Assembly (NCBI GenBank): GCA_965116315.1
Contig: OZ220672.1
Location: 579,208 to 643,207 of the forward strand
Source of the DNA: Dehalococcoidia bacterium
Lineage (GTDB): Bacteria > Chloroflexota > Dehalococcoidia > Lucifugimonadales > CAJWER01
Direction: 5' to 3'
Length of the DNA stretch: 64,000 nt
The notes under the pieces are model-generated. The model was given only the letters and a program-made list of their open reading frames with translations. It made no database searches and was not told where the DNA came from. Shown piece after piece: positions 29,969 to 39,444 of this stretch; the stretch's first letter is position 1, and the number at the start of each line of letters is the position of its first letter. Made by a program: the position numbers and the translations under genes.

Positions 29969-31240
29969 ATGCCGGACATCAAGATAGCGCAGGTGGGATG
30001 CGGCGGGATGGGGCTCCGACACCTGTACGGACAGGCCGAGTCCCAGCGTGCGTACGACACGTTCGACTACGTGGCGGTCTGCGACGTGAGCGAGTCCGCC
30101 GCAAGCCACGTGGCGGCTGAAGCCGAGAGGATGCTCGGCAAGCGCCCCAAGGTCTACACGAGCTTCGGCGACCTCCTAGCCGCCGAGCCGAGCCTGGACG
30201 CAGTCGACATAGTGACCGCGGCGGGGCAGCACCACACCCTTGCCGTGCAGGCGGCGGAGGCGGGCGTGCACGTCGCCACCGAAAAGCCGATGGGAATCAC
30301 CGTCCGGGCGTGCATGAGGATGATGGAGGCCGCGGACAGGGCCGGCATCGTCCTGTCGGTATCGGAGAACTACCGCCGCGACCCGCTGAACCGGCTCAAC
30401 AAGGCCATACTCGACGCCCAGGTGCTCGGCAGGCAGCGGCTCTTCCTAGACATGGCCGCCCGTGGGACCCGCCTGATGCCCCACGGCACAGCGTGGCGTC
30501 ACACCAAGACCGGCGGCGGGTACATGCTGGACTACGCCGTGCACAACGCCGACCTGCTGCTGTACTTCATGGGGCCGGTGGAGCGCGTGTACGCGGAGAC
30601 CCAGCTGTGGGAGGAGACCAGGCTCGTTGCCGATCCCGAGGGCGACCAGATGAGGCCCTTCTACGCCCACCGAGAGCCACTGGAGGTCGAGAGGGCAGGG
30701 ACGGTCGAGTGCACGTCGGAGGACATGGCGTCCGGCGTCGTCAGGTTCGAGTCGGGCGCCATGGCGAACTTCCTGAGCACCATCGCGGCCCCGGGCGAGG
30801 GCACGGGCGCGAACATCATCTACTGCGACGATGGCTCCATACGCCTTGGCGGGAGCAGGTCGGGGCGCCCCTCGGTGATCACGAGGATCGACAGCGAGGA
30901 GCCCATACCCGAGGGCGACCTGCTGGACCTCGTCCCGGACTTCGAGCTGGACGACATGACGGCCCGGATCTTCGGGGGCGAGCGCCGCATGTCATCGTAC
31001 GACATCGGCTTCCCGGAGATCGATGCGAAGATCATCGCGCTGGAGCTGGAGGACTTCGCCGAGGCCATCCGCACCGGGCGCGAGCCGGAGGTCACCGGTC
31101 AGATAGGTCTGGACGCCGTGGCGCTGACCTTCGCGTTCCTGGAGTCGGGCGCCGCCAACAAGCCGGTGTCCTTCGCCGACGTGGCCGCCGACCGCACGAA
31201 CGCGTACCAGCAGGAGATCAACGAGGCCTTCAGCCTGTAG
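29969..31240 (+). CDS. Gfo/Idh/MocA family oxidoreductase
   Basis: IKIAQVGCGGMGLRHL Rossmann N-terminus and the EKP motif (HVATEKPMG). 423 aa. Confidence 0.85.
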   Translation: MPDIKIAQVGCGGMGLRHLYGQAESQRAYDTFDYVAVCDVSESAASHVAAEAERMLGKRPKVYTSFGDLLAAEPSLDAVDIVTAAGQHHTLAVQAAEAGVHVATEKPMGITVRACMRMMEAADRAGIVLSVSENYRRDPLNRLNKAILDAQVLGRQRLFLDMAARGTRLMPHGTAWRHTKTGGGYMLDYAVHNADLLLYFMGPVERVYAETQLWEETRLVADPEGDQMRPFYAHREPLEVERAGTVECTSEDMASGVVRFESGAMANFLSTIAAPGEGTGANIIYCDDGSIRLGGSRSGRPSVITRIDSEEPIPEGDLLDLVPDFELDDMTARIFGGERRMSSYDIGFPEIDAKIIALELEDFAEAIRTGREPEVTGQIGLDAVALTFAFLESGAANKPVSFADVAADRTNAYQQEINEAFSL

Positions 31241-31260
31241 CAGGGGTTGAGCTTGGCGTC

Positions 31261-31284
31261 GTAGGGGCGGGTTTCAAACCTGCC
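31261..31284. repeat. REP-like palindrome, family A, between convergent genes
   Basis: GTAGGGGCGGGTTTCAAACCTGCC. Confidence 0.65.
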
Positions 31285-31294
31285 TTCTTGGCGC

Positions 31295-32260
31295 TCAGGC
31301 ATGTCCTTCCGAATCGGGCCACATCTCCAGCTTTGACATGACCTCTATCAGCTGGGTCGTTCGCTCGCGGCGGACCTGCTCCGGGTCGCGGCCGCTCCAG
31401 TCGAAGAACCCTCGCCCGGACTTCAGCCCCAGGTCGCCCCGCTCTACCATCTCGACCACAGGCGTGAAGGGCCGGTCGGACTTGCTGAGGTGCGGCCACA
31501 GGCCTCGTGCCAGGGCGACGTGCAGGTCGAGGCCGCCGAGGTCACGCTGCTCCAGCGGGCCGGACACCATGAACCGCAGCCCGAAGCTGGTCTGCACGGC
31601 GAGGTCGATGTCCCCTGCGCTGGCGACCCCCTCCGCGACCAGGTTGGTGGCCTCCCTGACGAGGGCACCCTGCAGCCGGTTGGCCACGTAGCCGTTCACG
31701 TCCTTCTCGATGCGGATGGGGCGCTTTCCGCACGACCGCCATAGCTCTATCGTCCACTGCATCGTCTCGTCGCTGGTGCGGGGACCTCGTGATACCTCCA
31801 CCAGCGGTACGACTTGGGCCGGGAGGAAGAAGTGCGACCCAACGACGCGCTGCTGGTGCGCGAGATGGCCCGTCATGTCGCCCACGGACATGCCTGACGA
31901 ATTGGAGGCGATGATCGTATCCGGCGGTACGAGCCGCTCCAGCTCGGTGAAGAGGCGCCGTTTCAGCTCCATGTCCTCGGGGGATGCCTCGACCACGACC
32001 GCGGCCCCTTCGGCGGCCTCGGCAAGGTCGGTGGTGCCGCTGATTCGGCCCGCGATGCCGTCCGCCTCTGCCTGATCGAGTATCCCATGCTCGACTAGGC
32101 TCTCGAGTGTGTCGCGGACCCGGACGTCAGCCAGGTCCAGTGCCTCGTTCGACACGTCATACATGGTCACGGAGTCCGCACGCTGGGCCAGGACGTGGGC
32201 TATGCCGTGGCCCATCAGACCGGCCCCGATCACCGCCGCGGTGAGGCCTTGCTCACTCAA
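31295..32260 (-). CDS. 3-hydroxyacyl-CoA dehydrogenase family protein
   Basis: AAVIGAGLMGHGIAHVLA NAD-binding motif. ASNSS and the C-terminal 3HCDH-like domain. Confidence 0.85.
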   Translation of the reverse strand: MSEQGLTAAVIGAGLMGHGIAHVLAQRADSVTMYDVSNEALDLADVRVRDTLESLVEHGILDQAEADGIAGRISGTTDLAEAAEGAAVVVEASPEDMELKRRLFTELERLVPPDTIIASNSSGMSVGDMTGHLAHQQRVVGSHFFLPAQVVPLVEVSRGPRTSDETMQWTIELWRSCGKRPIRIEKDVNGYVANRLQGALVREATNLVAEGVASAGDIDLAVQTSFGLRFMVSGPLEQRDLGGLDLHVALARGLWPHLSKSDRPFTPVVEMVERGDLGLKSGRGFFDWSGRDPEQVRRERTTQLIEVMSKLEMWPDSEGHA

Positions 32261-32693
32261 CGGAGGCGGCCCTTTGCCAGACGATGCGGCCTGTCCTCAG
32301 CACCCCTGCCAGCACCATCGGCGGCGTGGTCAGTATGAGCGTGTCGCCGTCGAGGTCAACGAACCTGGTCTGCTCGGTGCCCACGCGGTTGGGGAAGAAC
32401 GCCGCCTCGATCTTGTGGATGACACGGTCGCCCAGGTATTCGTACTTGCCGCAGTAGGACACGTACGAGCCGGCCGCCGCGATCTTCTCCTCGTCGGTGC
32501 CCGCGAACATGTCCCCGCCGGCGAAGCTCGTCCGGCCCGCCGCCATCATCGACACCGACATGTAGCCGTCGTGGGTGTACATTATGTAGCCGGTCGCGTC
32601 TTCCCCGAGCGGGTAGAGCACGTTGTCGCCGGTGCGGCCCTCGTATGACACGAGCCGCCACGCCCCGATCAGCGGATTCGATTCCATAGCCAC
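32253..32693 (-). CDS. Lipocalin-like domain protein
   Basis: LIGAWRLVSYE...GYIMYTHDGYMSV pattern. Overlaps the downstream dehydrogenase start by 8 nt. Confidence 0.6.
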   Translation of the reverse strand: MAMESNPLIGAWRLVSYEGRTGDNVLYPLGEDATGYIMYTHDGYMSVSMMAAGRTSFAGGDMFAGTDEEKIAAAGSYVSYCGKYEYLGDRVIHKIEAAFFPNRVGTEQTRFVDLDGDTLILTTPPMVLAGVLRTGRIVWQRAASVE

Positions 32694-32715
32694 CCCTCAG
32701 CTTTCCTGTGACAGT

Positions 32716-32805
32716 TCAGAGTTGGTTAGACATGGCCAGCTTGCTCGTCGGCAGCGCGAGAGCCCCCATCTCAATCTTCCCCCTCGGGGGGAAGAGGGGG
32801 AGCCA
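32716..32805. repeat. MITE/REP-like element, family B
   Basis: CAGAGTTGGTTAGACATGGCCAGCTTGCTCGTCGGCAGCGCGAGAGCCCCCATCTCAATCTTCCCCCTCGGGGGGAAGAGG. Confidence 0.7.
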
Positions 32806-32814
32806 TCGCTCTTC

Positions 32815-34860
32815 CTAGACTGCCAGCTGTCTCGCGAGAGCCTGCGGCTCGGTCACTGGCAGGTCGCAGGTGTAGTTGCGGCACACGTAGGCCGTCGCGC
32901 GGCCTTGGATCTTGCCCCTGTCCTTCAGCAGCGGCAGCTCGGCTGTCCCATGGTCGTCATCGTCCCCCAGCCCGACCAGCACCCTGTTGGGGAGGTAGTG
33001 CCTGAACGCCTCGGCCGCGAGACCGGGCGCGCCGTCGGTTTCGTCGCCGATGATCGCTATCTCCTTCACCGTTGCTAGGTAGAAGTCGAGCGCGGAGAGC
33101 CAGTGCCCCGCGCCCATCGGGTACTGCGACATGAGGGTTATGGTCGAGCGCATGGACGTGACGGCGCGCCTTTCCAGGTCGCCGTCGCCGGTGACGACCC
33201 CCAGCCTGAGCAGCACGTCGGCGGCCATTGCGCTGCCCGACGGTGTGGCGTTGTCCTGGATGTCGCGGGGCCTGACCACCAGCTCCTCGTGGTCGATGCC
33301 CGTATCGTAGAACTGGCCCGCGGGCTCGTCCCAGAACAGGTCGACCATGTCGCGGCCCAGGTCGATTGCCTCACGCAGCCATCGTCCGTCGAACGTCGCC
33401 TCGTGCAGCAGGAGCAGGCCGCTCACCAGGTAGGCGTAGTCCTCGAGGTACGCCTTCAGCTTCGCCTCGCCGCCCTTGTAGGTCCTGAGCAGCCTGTAGC
33501 CGTCCCGCAGGCTGTCGAGCAGGAATCCGGCGCACGTGGAGGCCGTCTCGACGTAGTCGCTCCGGCCCAGCACCATCCCGGCCTCCGCGAACGCCGCCAG
33601 CATCAGCCCATTCCACGACGTGAGGACCTTGTCGTCCAGCCCGGGGCGCACCCGCTCCTCGCGGGCCTCAAGCAGCTGGGCACGGCCTCTCGTGAGCAGG
33701 GCAGTGAGCTCATCCTCGCTCAACCCCTCCCTGGCCGCGAACTCCGCGGGAGGCGACTTGACGTTGAGGATGCTCATCCCCTCGAAGTTGCCGTCGACCG
33801 TCACGTCGAAGTACCGGTTGAATAGCTCGCCGTCGTCTTTGCCCAGCACCTCGGCGACCGCCTCGGGCCGCCAGACGAAGAACTTGCCCTCCTCGCCCTC
33901 GCTGTCCGCGTCCTGCGCCGAGTAGAAGCCGCCGGTCTCGTCCGTCATCTCGGCCAGCACGTAGTCGAGCGTCTCCTCGACGACGCGCCTGTACAGCGGC
34001 TTGCCGGTGACCTGGTAGGAGTGGAGGTAGAGGCGTGCCAGCAGGGCGTTGTCGTACAGCATCTTCTCGAAGTGGGGCACGAGCCAGAACGTGTCCACGG
34101 AGTAGCGGTGGAAGCCGCCCCGAAGCTGGTCGTATATGCCGCCCATCGCCATCCGGTCCAGCGTCGTCTCCACCATTTCCAGGGGCTCGGGATCGCCCGT
34201 CCTGAGGTGCTGACGGAGCAGGAACTCGTACGTCATGGGCTGCGGGAACTTGGGCTGTAGGCCGAAGCCGCCGTTCTTGTTGTCGAACTGCGCGGCCAGG
34301 TGTGCGAAGGCGCGGTTCATCACGTCGGTCGTGAGCGGCTCCACGCCGCGCACCCCGGCCGACGCCTGGCGCATGTGGGCCAGCAGCTGTTCCGTGGTCT
34401 GCACTATCTGCGACCGGTTGTTCCTGTATGCGGACGCGATGGCCTCGAGTACCCTCGGGAACGCCGGCAGGCCGCCCCGGTCCTCGGGCGGGAAGTACGT
34501 GCCGCCGTAGAAGGGCTTGCCGTCGGGCGTCATGAACACCGTCATCGGCCATCCGCCCTGGCCGGTCATCGCCTGGACCGCGCCCATGTATATCGAGTCG
34601 ACGTCGGGGCGCTCCTCCCGGTCGACCTTGATGTTCACGAAGTGCTCGTTCATGATCGCGGCGATGCCCTCGTTCTCGAAGGACTCGCGCTCCATCACGT
34701 GGCACCAGTGGCATGCCGAGTACCCGACGCTCAGCATCACCGGCCTGTCCTCCGCCCTGGCGCGAGTGAAGGCCTCGTCGCCCCACGGGTACCAGTCCAC
34801 CGGGTTGTGGGCGTGCTGTAGCAGGTAGGGGCTCGTCTCTTTCGCAAGCCGGTTCGTCAT
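32815..34860 (-). CDS. Thioredoxin-domain protein, YyaL/SPATA20-like (DUF255 + six-hairpin domain)
   Basis: [29 protein letters not shown]...[19 protein letters not shown] signature. 681 aa. Confidence 0.9.
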   Translation of the reverse strand: MTNRLAKETSPYLLQHAHNPVDWYPWGDEAFTRARAEDRPVMLSVGYSACHWCHVMERESFENEGIAAIMNEHFVNIKVDREERPDVDSIYMGAVQAMTGQGGWPMTVFMTPDGKPFYGGTYFPPEDRGGLPAFPRVLEAIASAYRNNRSQIVQTTEQLLAHMRQASAGVRGVEPLTTDVMNRAFAHLAAQFDNKNGGFGLQPKFPQPMTYEFLLRQHLRTGDPEPLEMVETTLDRMAMGGIYDQLRGGFHRYSVDTFWLVPHFEKMLYDNALLARLYLHSYQVTGKPLYRRVVEETLDYVLAEMTDETGGFYSAQDADSEGEEGKFFVWRPEAVAEVLGKDDGELFNRYFDVTVDGNFEGMSILNVKSPPAEFAAREGLSEDELTALLTRGRAQLLEAREERVRPGLDDKVLTSWNGLMLAAFAEAGMVLGRSDYVETASTCAGFLLDSLRDGYRLLRTYKGGEAKLKAYLEDYAYLVSGLLLLHEATFDGRWLREAIDLGRDMVDLFWDEPAGQFYDTGIDHEELVVRPRDIQDNATPSGSAMAADVLLRLGVVTGDGDLERRAVTSMRSTITLMSQYPMGAGHWLSALDFYLATVKEIAIIGDETDGAPGLAAEAFRHYLPNRVLVGLGDDDDHGTAELPLLKDRGKIQGRATAYVCRNYTCDLPVTEPQALARQLAV

Positions 34861-36371
34861 GCCATCATCCTCTCCGCGAACTCCGCCCAGTCCAGCTCCA
34901 GTGTAGTGACCTCCATCGTCTTGATGTCGGCCACGCGAATGGCGTGGTTGTTCGTGTCGGCTACATACACCAAGCCGTTCGCTAGGCTGACCCCGCAGGG
35001 CTCGTGGAAGTCGGCTATCACCGCCGGGCCGTCCCTGTGGCCCGCCTCGCCGCTTCCCAGCAGCCGCATGGACTCGCGCTGCAGGGGATCGATCTTCTTC
35101 ACCTTATTGTTGTAGGTGTCCGCTATGTAGAGCGCGCCGTCCTGGTACTCGATGCCCTGTACGTGCTGCAGCCTCACGTCGTCGCCGAACCCGTCACGGT
35201 CGCCGAAGGTGAACAGGTCCTCGCCGATAATCGTGCCGACGCGCCCTGCGGGGTCGAAGTCCGACGTCCTCACGGCGCTCGTCTCGCTGTCGGCGAAGTA
35301 GAGCCTCACCCCGTCGGTTGTGACGCCGTTCGGCTGGGCAAGCTGGGCGGACCCGTGCTGCCCGTCGACGATGCCCTCGCGCCCGCTGCCGGAGTGAGGC
35401 TGGACCGTGCCTGATGCGAGGTCCATCCGCCACAGCTGGTGGAATCCTGCCATGGCTATGTACAGGATGCCGTCGCGCAACTCTAGGTCCCACGGCGAGT
35501 TCAGGTCGGTCTCCGGGCCGGCGCCGCCTCGATGGAACATCATGGCCTGGCGGCCTGTGCCAGCTATGGTTTTTGCGTTGTGGTTAGCTAGATCCACCAT
35601 ACGAATGGCGTGATTCTTCGCGTCCGCCACGTACAGCGTGTCGCCGTCGAGCGCCATGCCCTGGGGGTCGTCGAAACGCGCCTCCTCGAACGTGCCGTCC
35701 GCGAGCCCGGCGTCCGGCCCGCCCACGATTGCGGTCACCCGTCCGCCCAGGGTCGCGACCACGATCCTGTTGTGGTTCGAGTCCGCGATGAAGAGCCGGT
35801 CGCTCTCCGCGTCGGCGAGGACCTTGCCGGGGAACGAGAGGGGCCGAGCGGACTCCTTCTCCCGCTCCGTGACGAAGTGGATGTCGCGCCGGTCGATTGC
35901 TCCCTCAGCGTCGAACTCGGCGATCATCTCGCCGATGAGCCGGTCGAACGTGTCGTAGCGGATCTCACCCTCGTGCTTGCCTATGACCTTGCCGGCGGGG
36001 TCGACGAACATCAGCGTCGGCCACGCCCGCACGGCGTACTGTCGCCATACCTCAAACCCGGCGTCGTTGACCACGGGATGCTCGATCTCGTACCTGAGGA
36101 TCGCCTGCCGGACGTTCTGCGTGGCCTTCTCAGCGTCGAACTTTGCCGAATGTACGCCCACCACGGCCAGCTCGCTGCTGTACTTCTCTTCCAGTTTCCG
36201 CAACTGCGGAAATACGTGCATGCAGTTGACTCAGCAGTACGTCCAGAAGTCCAGTATCACCAGCTTGCCGCGGAGCTCCGCCAGCGTCACCGGCCGCTCG
36301 CTGTTGAGCCAGTCGAGTCCTGCCGGGAACTCTGGCGCGTTCACTTTCCCTGAATACGACCTCGTACCCAC
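34857..36371 (-). CDS. Thioredoxin-fold + NHL-repeat protein (NHLRC2-like), candidate selenoprotein with in-frame TGA at 36233..36231
   Basis: Track ORF 34857..36221. The frame stays open upstream through one TGA to GTG 36371 (GAGGAGG upstream). The extension gives ...[25 protein letters not shown], the redox motif of the family, followed by NHL repeats. Confidence 0.75.
36195..36212 (-). promoter_or_regulatory. Candidate bacterial SECIS hairpin
   Basis: mRNA UUUCCGC-AGUU-GCGGAAA: a perfect 7-bp stem with a 4-nt GU-containing loop, starting 18 nt after the in-frame UGA. Confidence 0.4.
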
Positions 36372-36426
36372 CCGCACACCTCCTCGTTAGTGCTCAACGA
36401 CTACCCTACACGAAGTCCACCGCCTT

Positions 36427-36453
36427 CGTCATTCCCGCGACGGCGGAAATCCA
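36427..36453. repeat. Hairpin repeat, family E (diverged copy)
   Basis: CGTCATTCCCGCGACGGCGGAAATCCA. Confidence 0.5.
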
Positions 36454-36510
36454 TCCTGGCAGGAGGCTCCGCAGCGACTACGAGGGTGCGCCCTCACATG
36501 TTGCCCTGGT

Positions 36511-36547
36511 GAGCACTGGCCTTCGACAAGCTCAGGCCGAACGTAAC
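36511..36547. repeat. Intergenic repeat, family C (..GGCCTTCGACAAGCTCAGGCCGAACGTAAC)
   Basis: Near-identical copy at 43401-43438. Related units at 43492-43517, 7943-7970 and 25394-25416. Confidence 0.7.
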
Positions 36548-36662
36548 TTGGCTCCCGGCAGTTGCTACCAGCCCACGCACGGCCCGCGGAGCGGGCATGT
36601 CGCTGACCGGGACGAGCGGGTTTACGGGCCATAGGCTCTTCGGAAGAGTTTTGAGATAGTTT

Positions 36663-37940
36663 CTAGGTGACCCGGATGGGGTGCGGCGCCGGGGCGTTGA
36701 AGAGGTAGCCTTTTTCGTTGAACGGCACGCTGTCCGGCTGGGTGTTGCCGGCTGCGTCCGTCGCCCTCGTCATGACGACGTGCTCTCCCGGCCGGGCATC
36801 CCATGTGAACTCGAAGCGCGCCCACGAGTACTGCACCTGCGGCTCGAGCACCGTCGAGTCAGACCAGGTCTGCCCGGAGTCCGCGGACCACACCACGTCC
36901 GTGATGGGGCCGTCGGGCGAATGGGCGTAGCCTCGTATTCGGTGCGAGCCTGCGGGAAGCTCGGCGGGCCAGGGTAGGGCGAGTGCGCTCTTGATCACCT
37001 GGGACGTGGCCACCTTGCCGGGGGCGTCGCCCTCAGGCGGGTAGGCGTCGCCTATGAGCACGTATGACGTGGTGTTGTTGCGCGTCCAGAGGTGCTCGGA
37101 CGTTACGACTATGCGGCTCAGCCACTTGATGCTCGAGCTGCCCACCCATCCCGGGGCCAGCGCCCTGAGGGGGTAGCCGTGGTCTTTGGGCAGGTCGTCG
37201 CCGTTCAGCCCGTATGCCAGCAGCGTGTCCGGGTGCATCGCCTTCTCGATCGGCATGACACGCCGGAAGCCCTCCTCGGGCGACTCCGTGTCCAGGCCTA
37301 TCAGGAGCACGCCGACCGCATCCCCGGACACACCGGCGAGCTCAAGGACGTCCCTGAGCGGGACGCCCGTCCACTCGCCGTTGCTGATGCCGCCCGTCTT
37401 CCACTGGTCGCCCTTCGCCGTCCTGCCGTTCACCAGGTCGAACATGGCGCGGTGGTTGCCGCCGCACTCCAGGTACGAAACGAGGGTGCGGCTCGGCATC
37501 TTCCGTATCTCGTCGTAGGAGAGCTCCAGTGGGCGCGACGCCGCATCACCCTCGACCGACAGCCGCCATTCGGTCGCGTCCACGTCGACGCTGGCGGAGT
37601 TGTTGCGGACGAAGAACAGCCGGTTGGGAGTTAACAGGCCCTGCATGTTTTCCAGGCGCGTCTCCAGGTTCTTGCCGCTGTGCACGATGAAGGGCTCGGG
37701 GTCTTTGAACCATTGAGATTGTTCTGCCGTAGCTGTCGATCCGCCTGACTGGGATGACGACGTGGCCGCTTCGTCGGGCGCTCCGAGGTCCGAACAGGCC
37801 GCCAGCACCGCCGCCGCCCCACCGACCGACAGGAGCTGAAGGAACCTGCGCCGGTCCATGCCCCTCTCGCGCACGAGCTGCCAAAGTCTCCCCGCTTCTG
37901 CGAAATCAGACATCTTCGCCCAGGAGTCCCCCTCTCTCAT
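36663..37940 (-). CDS. Sulfite-oxidase-family molybdopterin oxidoreductase with Tat signal
   Basis: MDRRRFLQLLSVGGAAAVLAACS twin-arginine signal; the probable true start is ATG 37859. YLECGGNHR Mo-ligand Cys region and a C-terminal Mo-co dimerisation-like domain. Confidence 0.85.
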   Translation of the reverse strand: MREGDSWAKMSDFAEAGRLWQLVRERGMDRRRFLQLLSVGGAAAVLAACSDLGAPDEAATSSSQSGGSTATAEQSQWFKDPEPFIVHSGKNLETRLENMQGLLTPNRLFFVRNNSASVDVDATEWRLSVEGDAASRPLELSYDEIRKMPSRTLVSYLECGGNHRAMFDLVNGRTAKGDQWKTGGISNGEWTGVPLRDVLELAGVSGDAVGVLLIGLDTESPEEGFRRVMPIEKAMHPDTLLAYGLNGDDLPKDHGYPLRALAPGWVGSSSIKWLSRIVVTSEHLWTRNNTTSYVLIGDAYPPEGDAPGKVATSQVIKSALALPWPAELPAGSHRIRGYAHSPDGPITDVVWSADSGQTWSDSTVLEPQVQYSWARFEFTWDARPGEHVVMTRATDAAGNTQPDSVPFNEKGYLFNAPAPHPIRVT

Positions 37941-37945
37941 TGACG

Positions 37946-37975
37946 TTGACGTCGACCCCCCGAGCGCTGTATATC
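37946..37975 (+). promoter_or_regulatory. Promoter-like element directly upstream of higA (possible leaderless transcript)
   Basis: TTGACG (37946-37951), an 18-nt spacer, then TATATC (37970-37975). ATG 37983 lies 7 nt after the -10 box and there is no Shine-Dalgarno. Confidence 0.35.
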
Positions 37976-37982
37976 GTATCCT

Positions 37983-38297
37983 ATGGGGAATACTATGGCG
38001 ATTGACCTGATGGGAGAGTCGAATGCCGCGATTCCGCCCGGGCTGTTGATTCGGGACGAGCTCACGGCCAGGGGGATGAGCCAGCGTAAGCTAGCGGCTG
38101 CGATGAGGCGGCCTGTCAATACCATCAACGAGATCGTCTCGGGGAAGAAGGCGATCACCCCAAGGACCGCCTTAGGACTTGAGCAGGTGCTGGAGGTGCC
38201 GGCCCATGTCTGGCTGAGACTGGAAGCCGACTACAGACTTGCGTTGGAGCGGGAGAAGATCGAAAGACTGGAGCCGATAGCGGCGTCACCAGCTTAG
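37983..38297 (+). CDS. higA: HigA family antitoxin-like XRE HTH protein
   Basis: PPGLLIRDELTARGMSQRKLAAAMRRPVNTINEIVSGKKAITPRTALGLEQVLEVPAHVWLRLEADY matches the HigA/VapI pattern. Confidence 0.8.
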   Translation: MGNTMAIDLMGESNAAIPPGLLIRDELTARGMSQRKLAAAMRRPVNTINEIVSGKKAITPRTALGLEQVLEVPAHVWLRLEADYRLALEREKIERLEPIAASPA

Positions 38298-38353
38298 CGT
38301 TATGGTAGCGTCTGCCCGCTCCACAGCGGGGGCGGTGGGATGGGGGAACTAGC

Positions 38354-39172
38354 TTGCCGGAGGCCCCGGAGCTCGAAGTAGTCCGAGAATTCCTCGACCG
38401 GGAGGTCGTGGGGTCTGGTGTGACCGGGTTCGAGGTCCTTCGCCCCGGTGTCCTGAGGCCCATGGCAGGAGACCCGAAAGACCTGGCCGGGCAGCGCGTC
38501 GTGAATGTCTGGCGGACGGGCAAGTTCCTGGGAATCGACTTCACCGGCGGCGTGTCCCTCGTCGTCAATCCTATGCTCACAGGCTCCTTCCAGTACTCCG
38601 ACCCCGCGGACCGCGTATTCAAGAAGACCTGCTTCATCATCTCGTTGGACACAGGGAGGCAGCTCCGCTATCTGGACGGCCGCAGGATGGGCAGGGCCTA
38701 CTACGTGGGTTCCGAGCAGATGGGAGACGTGCCGCAGCTCGACTCCCTGGGGGTCGATGTGCTCGCGCCTGACACCTTCGAGGACTTCGCAGAGCGCATC
38801 AGGCCCTTCCGGGGCGAGATCAAGGGCGTCATCACCAGGGGCCGGGTGATCTCCGGGATAGGCAACGCCTACGTCGACGAGGTGCTATTCGAGGCAGAGG
38901 TCTACCCGTTCAAGAAGCGGACCGCCCTCTCGGAGGAGGAGCTCAGAAGGGTCTACGAGGCGGCCCGCAGGGTCGTGAGAGAGGCCGTCGACGAGGTGAG
39001 GGCCCGTATGGGAAGCGACATCCAGCTCAAGCCACGCGACTTCCTCAAGGTCCACAATCGCGGCGGCGAGCCATGTCCCCGGTGCGGCAACAAGATCACC
39101 GAGATCACCGCCAACCAGCGCATCACGAGCTACTGCCGCCGCTGCCAGCCCGGTCTCCTGATTAAGACCTGA
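38354..39172 (+). CDS. mutM: Formamidopyrimidine-DNA glycosylase / Nei family
   Basis: TTG start giving MPEAPELE (catalytic N-terminal Pro-Glu). H2TH region and the C-terminal zinc finger CPRCGNKI...YCRRCQ. Confidence 0.85.
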   Translation: MPEAPELEVVREFLDREVVGSGVTGFEVLRPGVLRPMAGDPKDLAGQRVVNVWRTGKFLGIDFTGGVSLVVNPMLTGSFQYSDPADRVFKKTCFIISLDTGRQLRYLDGRRMGRAYYVGSEQMGDVPQLDSLGVDVLAPDTFEDFAERIRPFRGEIKGVITRGRVISGIGNAYVDEVLFEAEVYPFKKRTALSEEELRRVYEAARRVVREAVDEVRARMGSDIQLKPRDFLKVHNRGGEPCPRCGNKITEITANQRITSYCRRCQPGLLIKT

Positions 39173-39428
39173 AACGCGCCCCAGTCTGAGTGGCCGGGTC
39201 GCAGCCCCTTAAAGTCTCCTGGGGGGACGGTTCCAGGGGCAGGAATCACCATGGCCTTGCGGGCCACACTGGGGGGATGGAACCGGCGTCGTCTCTTGGC
39301 ATGGTCGAGGCCGACCCCGCCCCAGGTCCCTCGGGGCTCGGGACGACATGGCGGGTGAACCGGGCTATTTTCGTAGCGATGACGGTCCTGCAAGGCATGC
39401 TGAAATAGGGCGTGGGGCGACGGAACTA

Positions 39429-39437
39429 TGGTATATT
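39429..39437 (+). promoter_or_regulatory. Extended -10 element upstream of sdhA (possible leaderless mRNA)
   Basis: TGgTATATT at 39429-39437. ATG 39445 lies 7 nt downstream and there is no Shine-Dalgarno. Confidence 0.3.
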
Positions 39438-39444
39438 CTTAGCT

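Noticed and set aside
36231-36233. Alternative readings of the in-frame TGA: genetic code 4/25 (TGA = Trp/Gly) or a simple pseudogene
   Set aside because: Many well-supported genes in the window terminate at TGA at the expected protein ends (e.g. mmsA, hisG, the cupin gene), which argues against reassignment. A pseudogene remains possible. It is disfavoured because there is a single stop, it lies exactly at the redox Cys, both flanks stay in frame, and a hairpin follows. It is kept as the main refutation test in the finding.
37700-37982. Search for a HigB/RelE-type toxin ORF upstream of higA
   Set aside because: The only plus-strand ORF there (37754-38005) is antisense to the Tat-signal region of the Mo-oxidoreductase gene and translates to Pro/Arg-rich low-complexity sequence.
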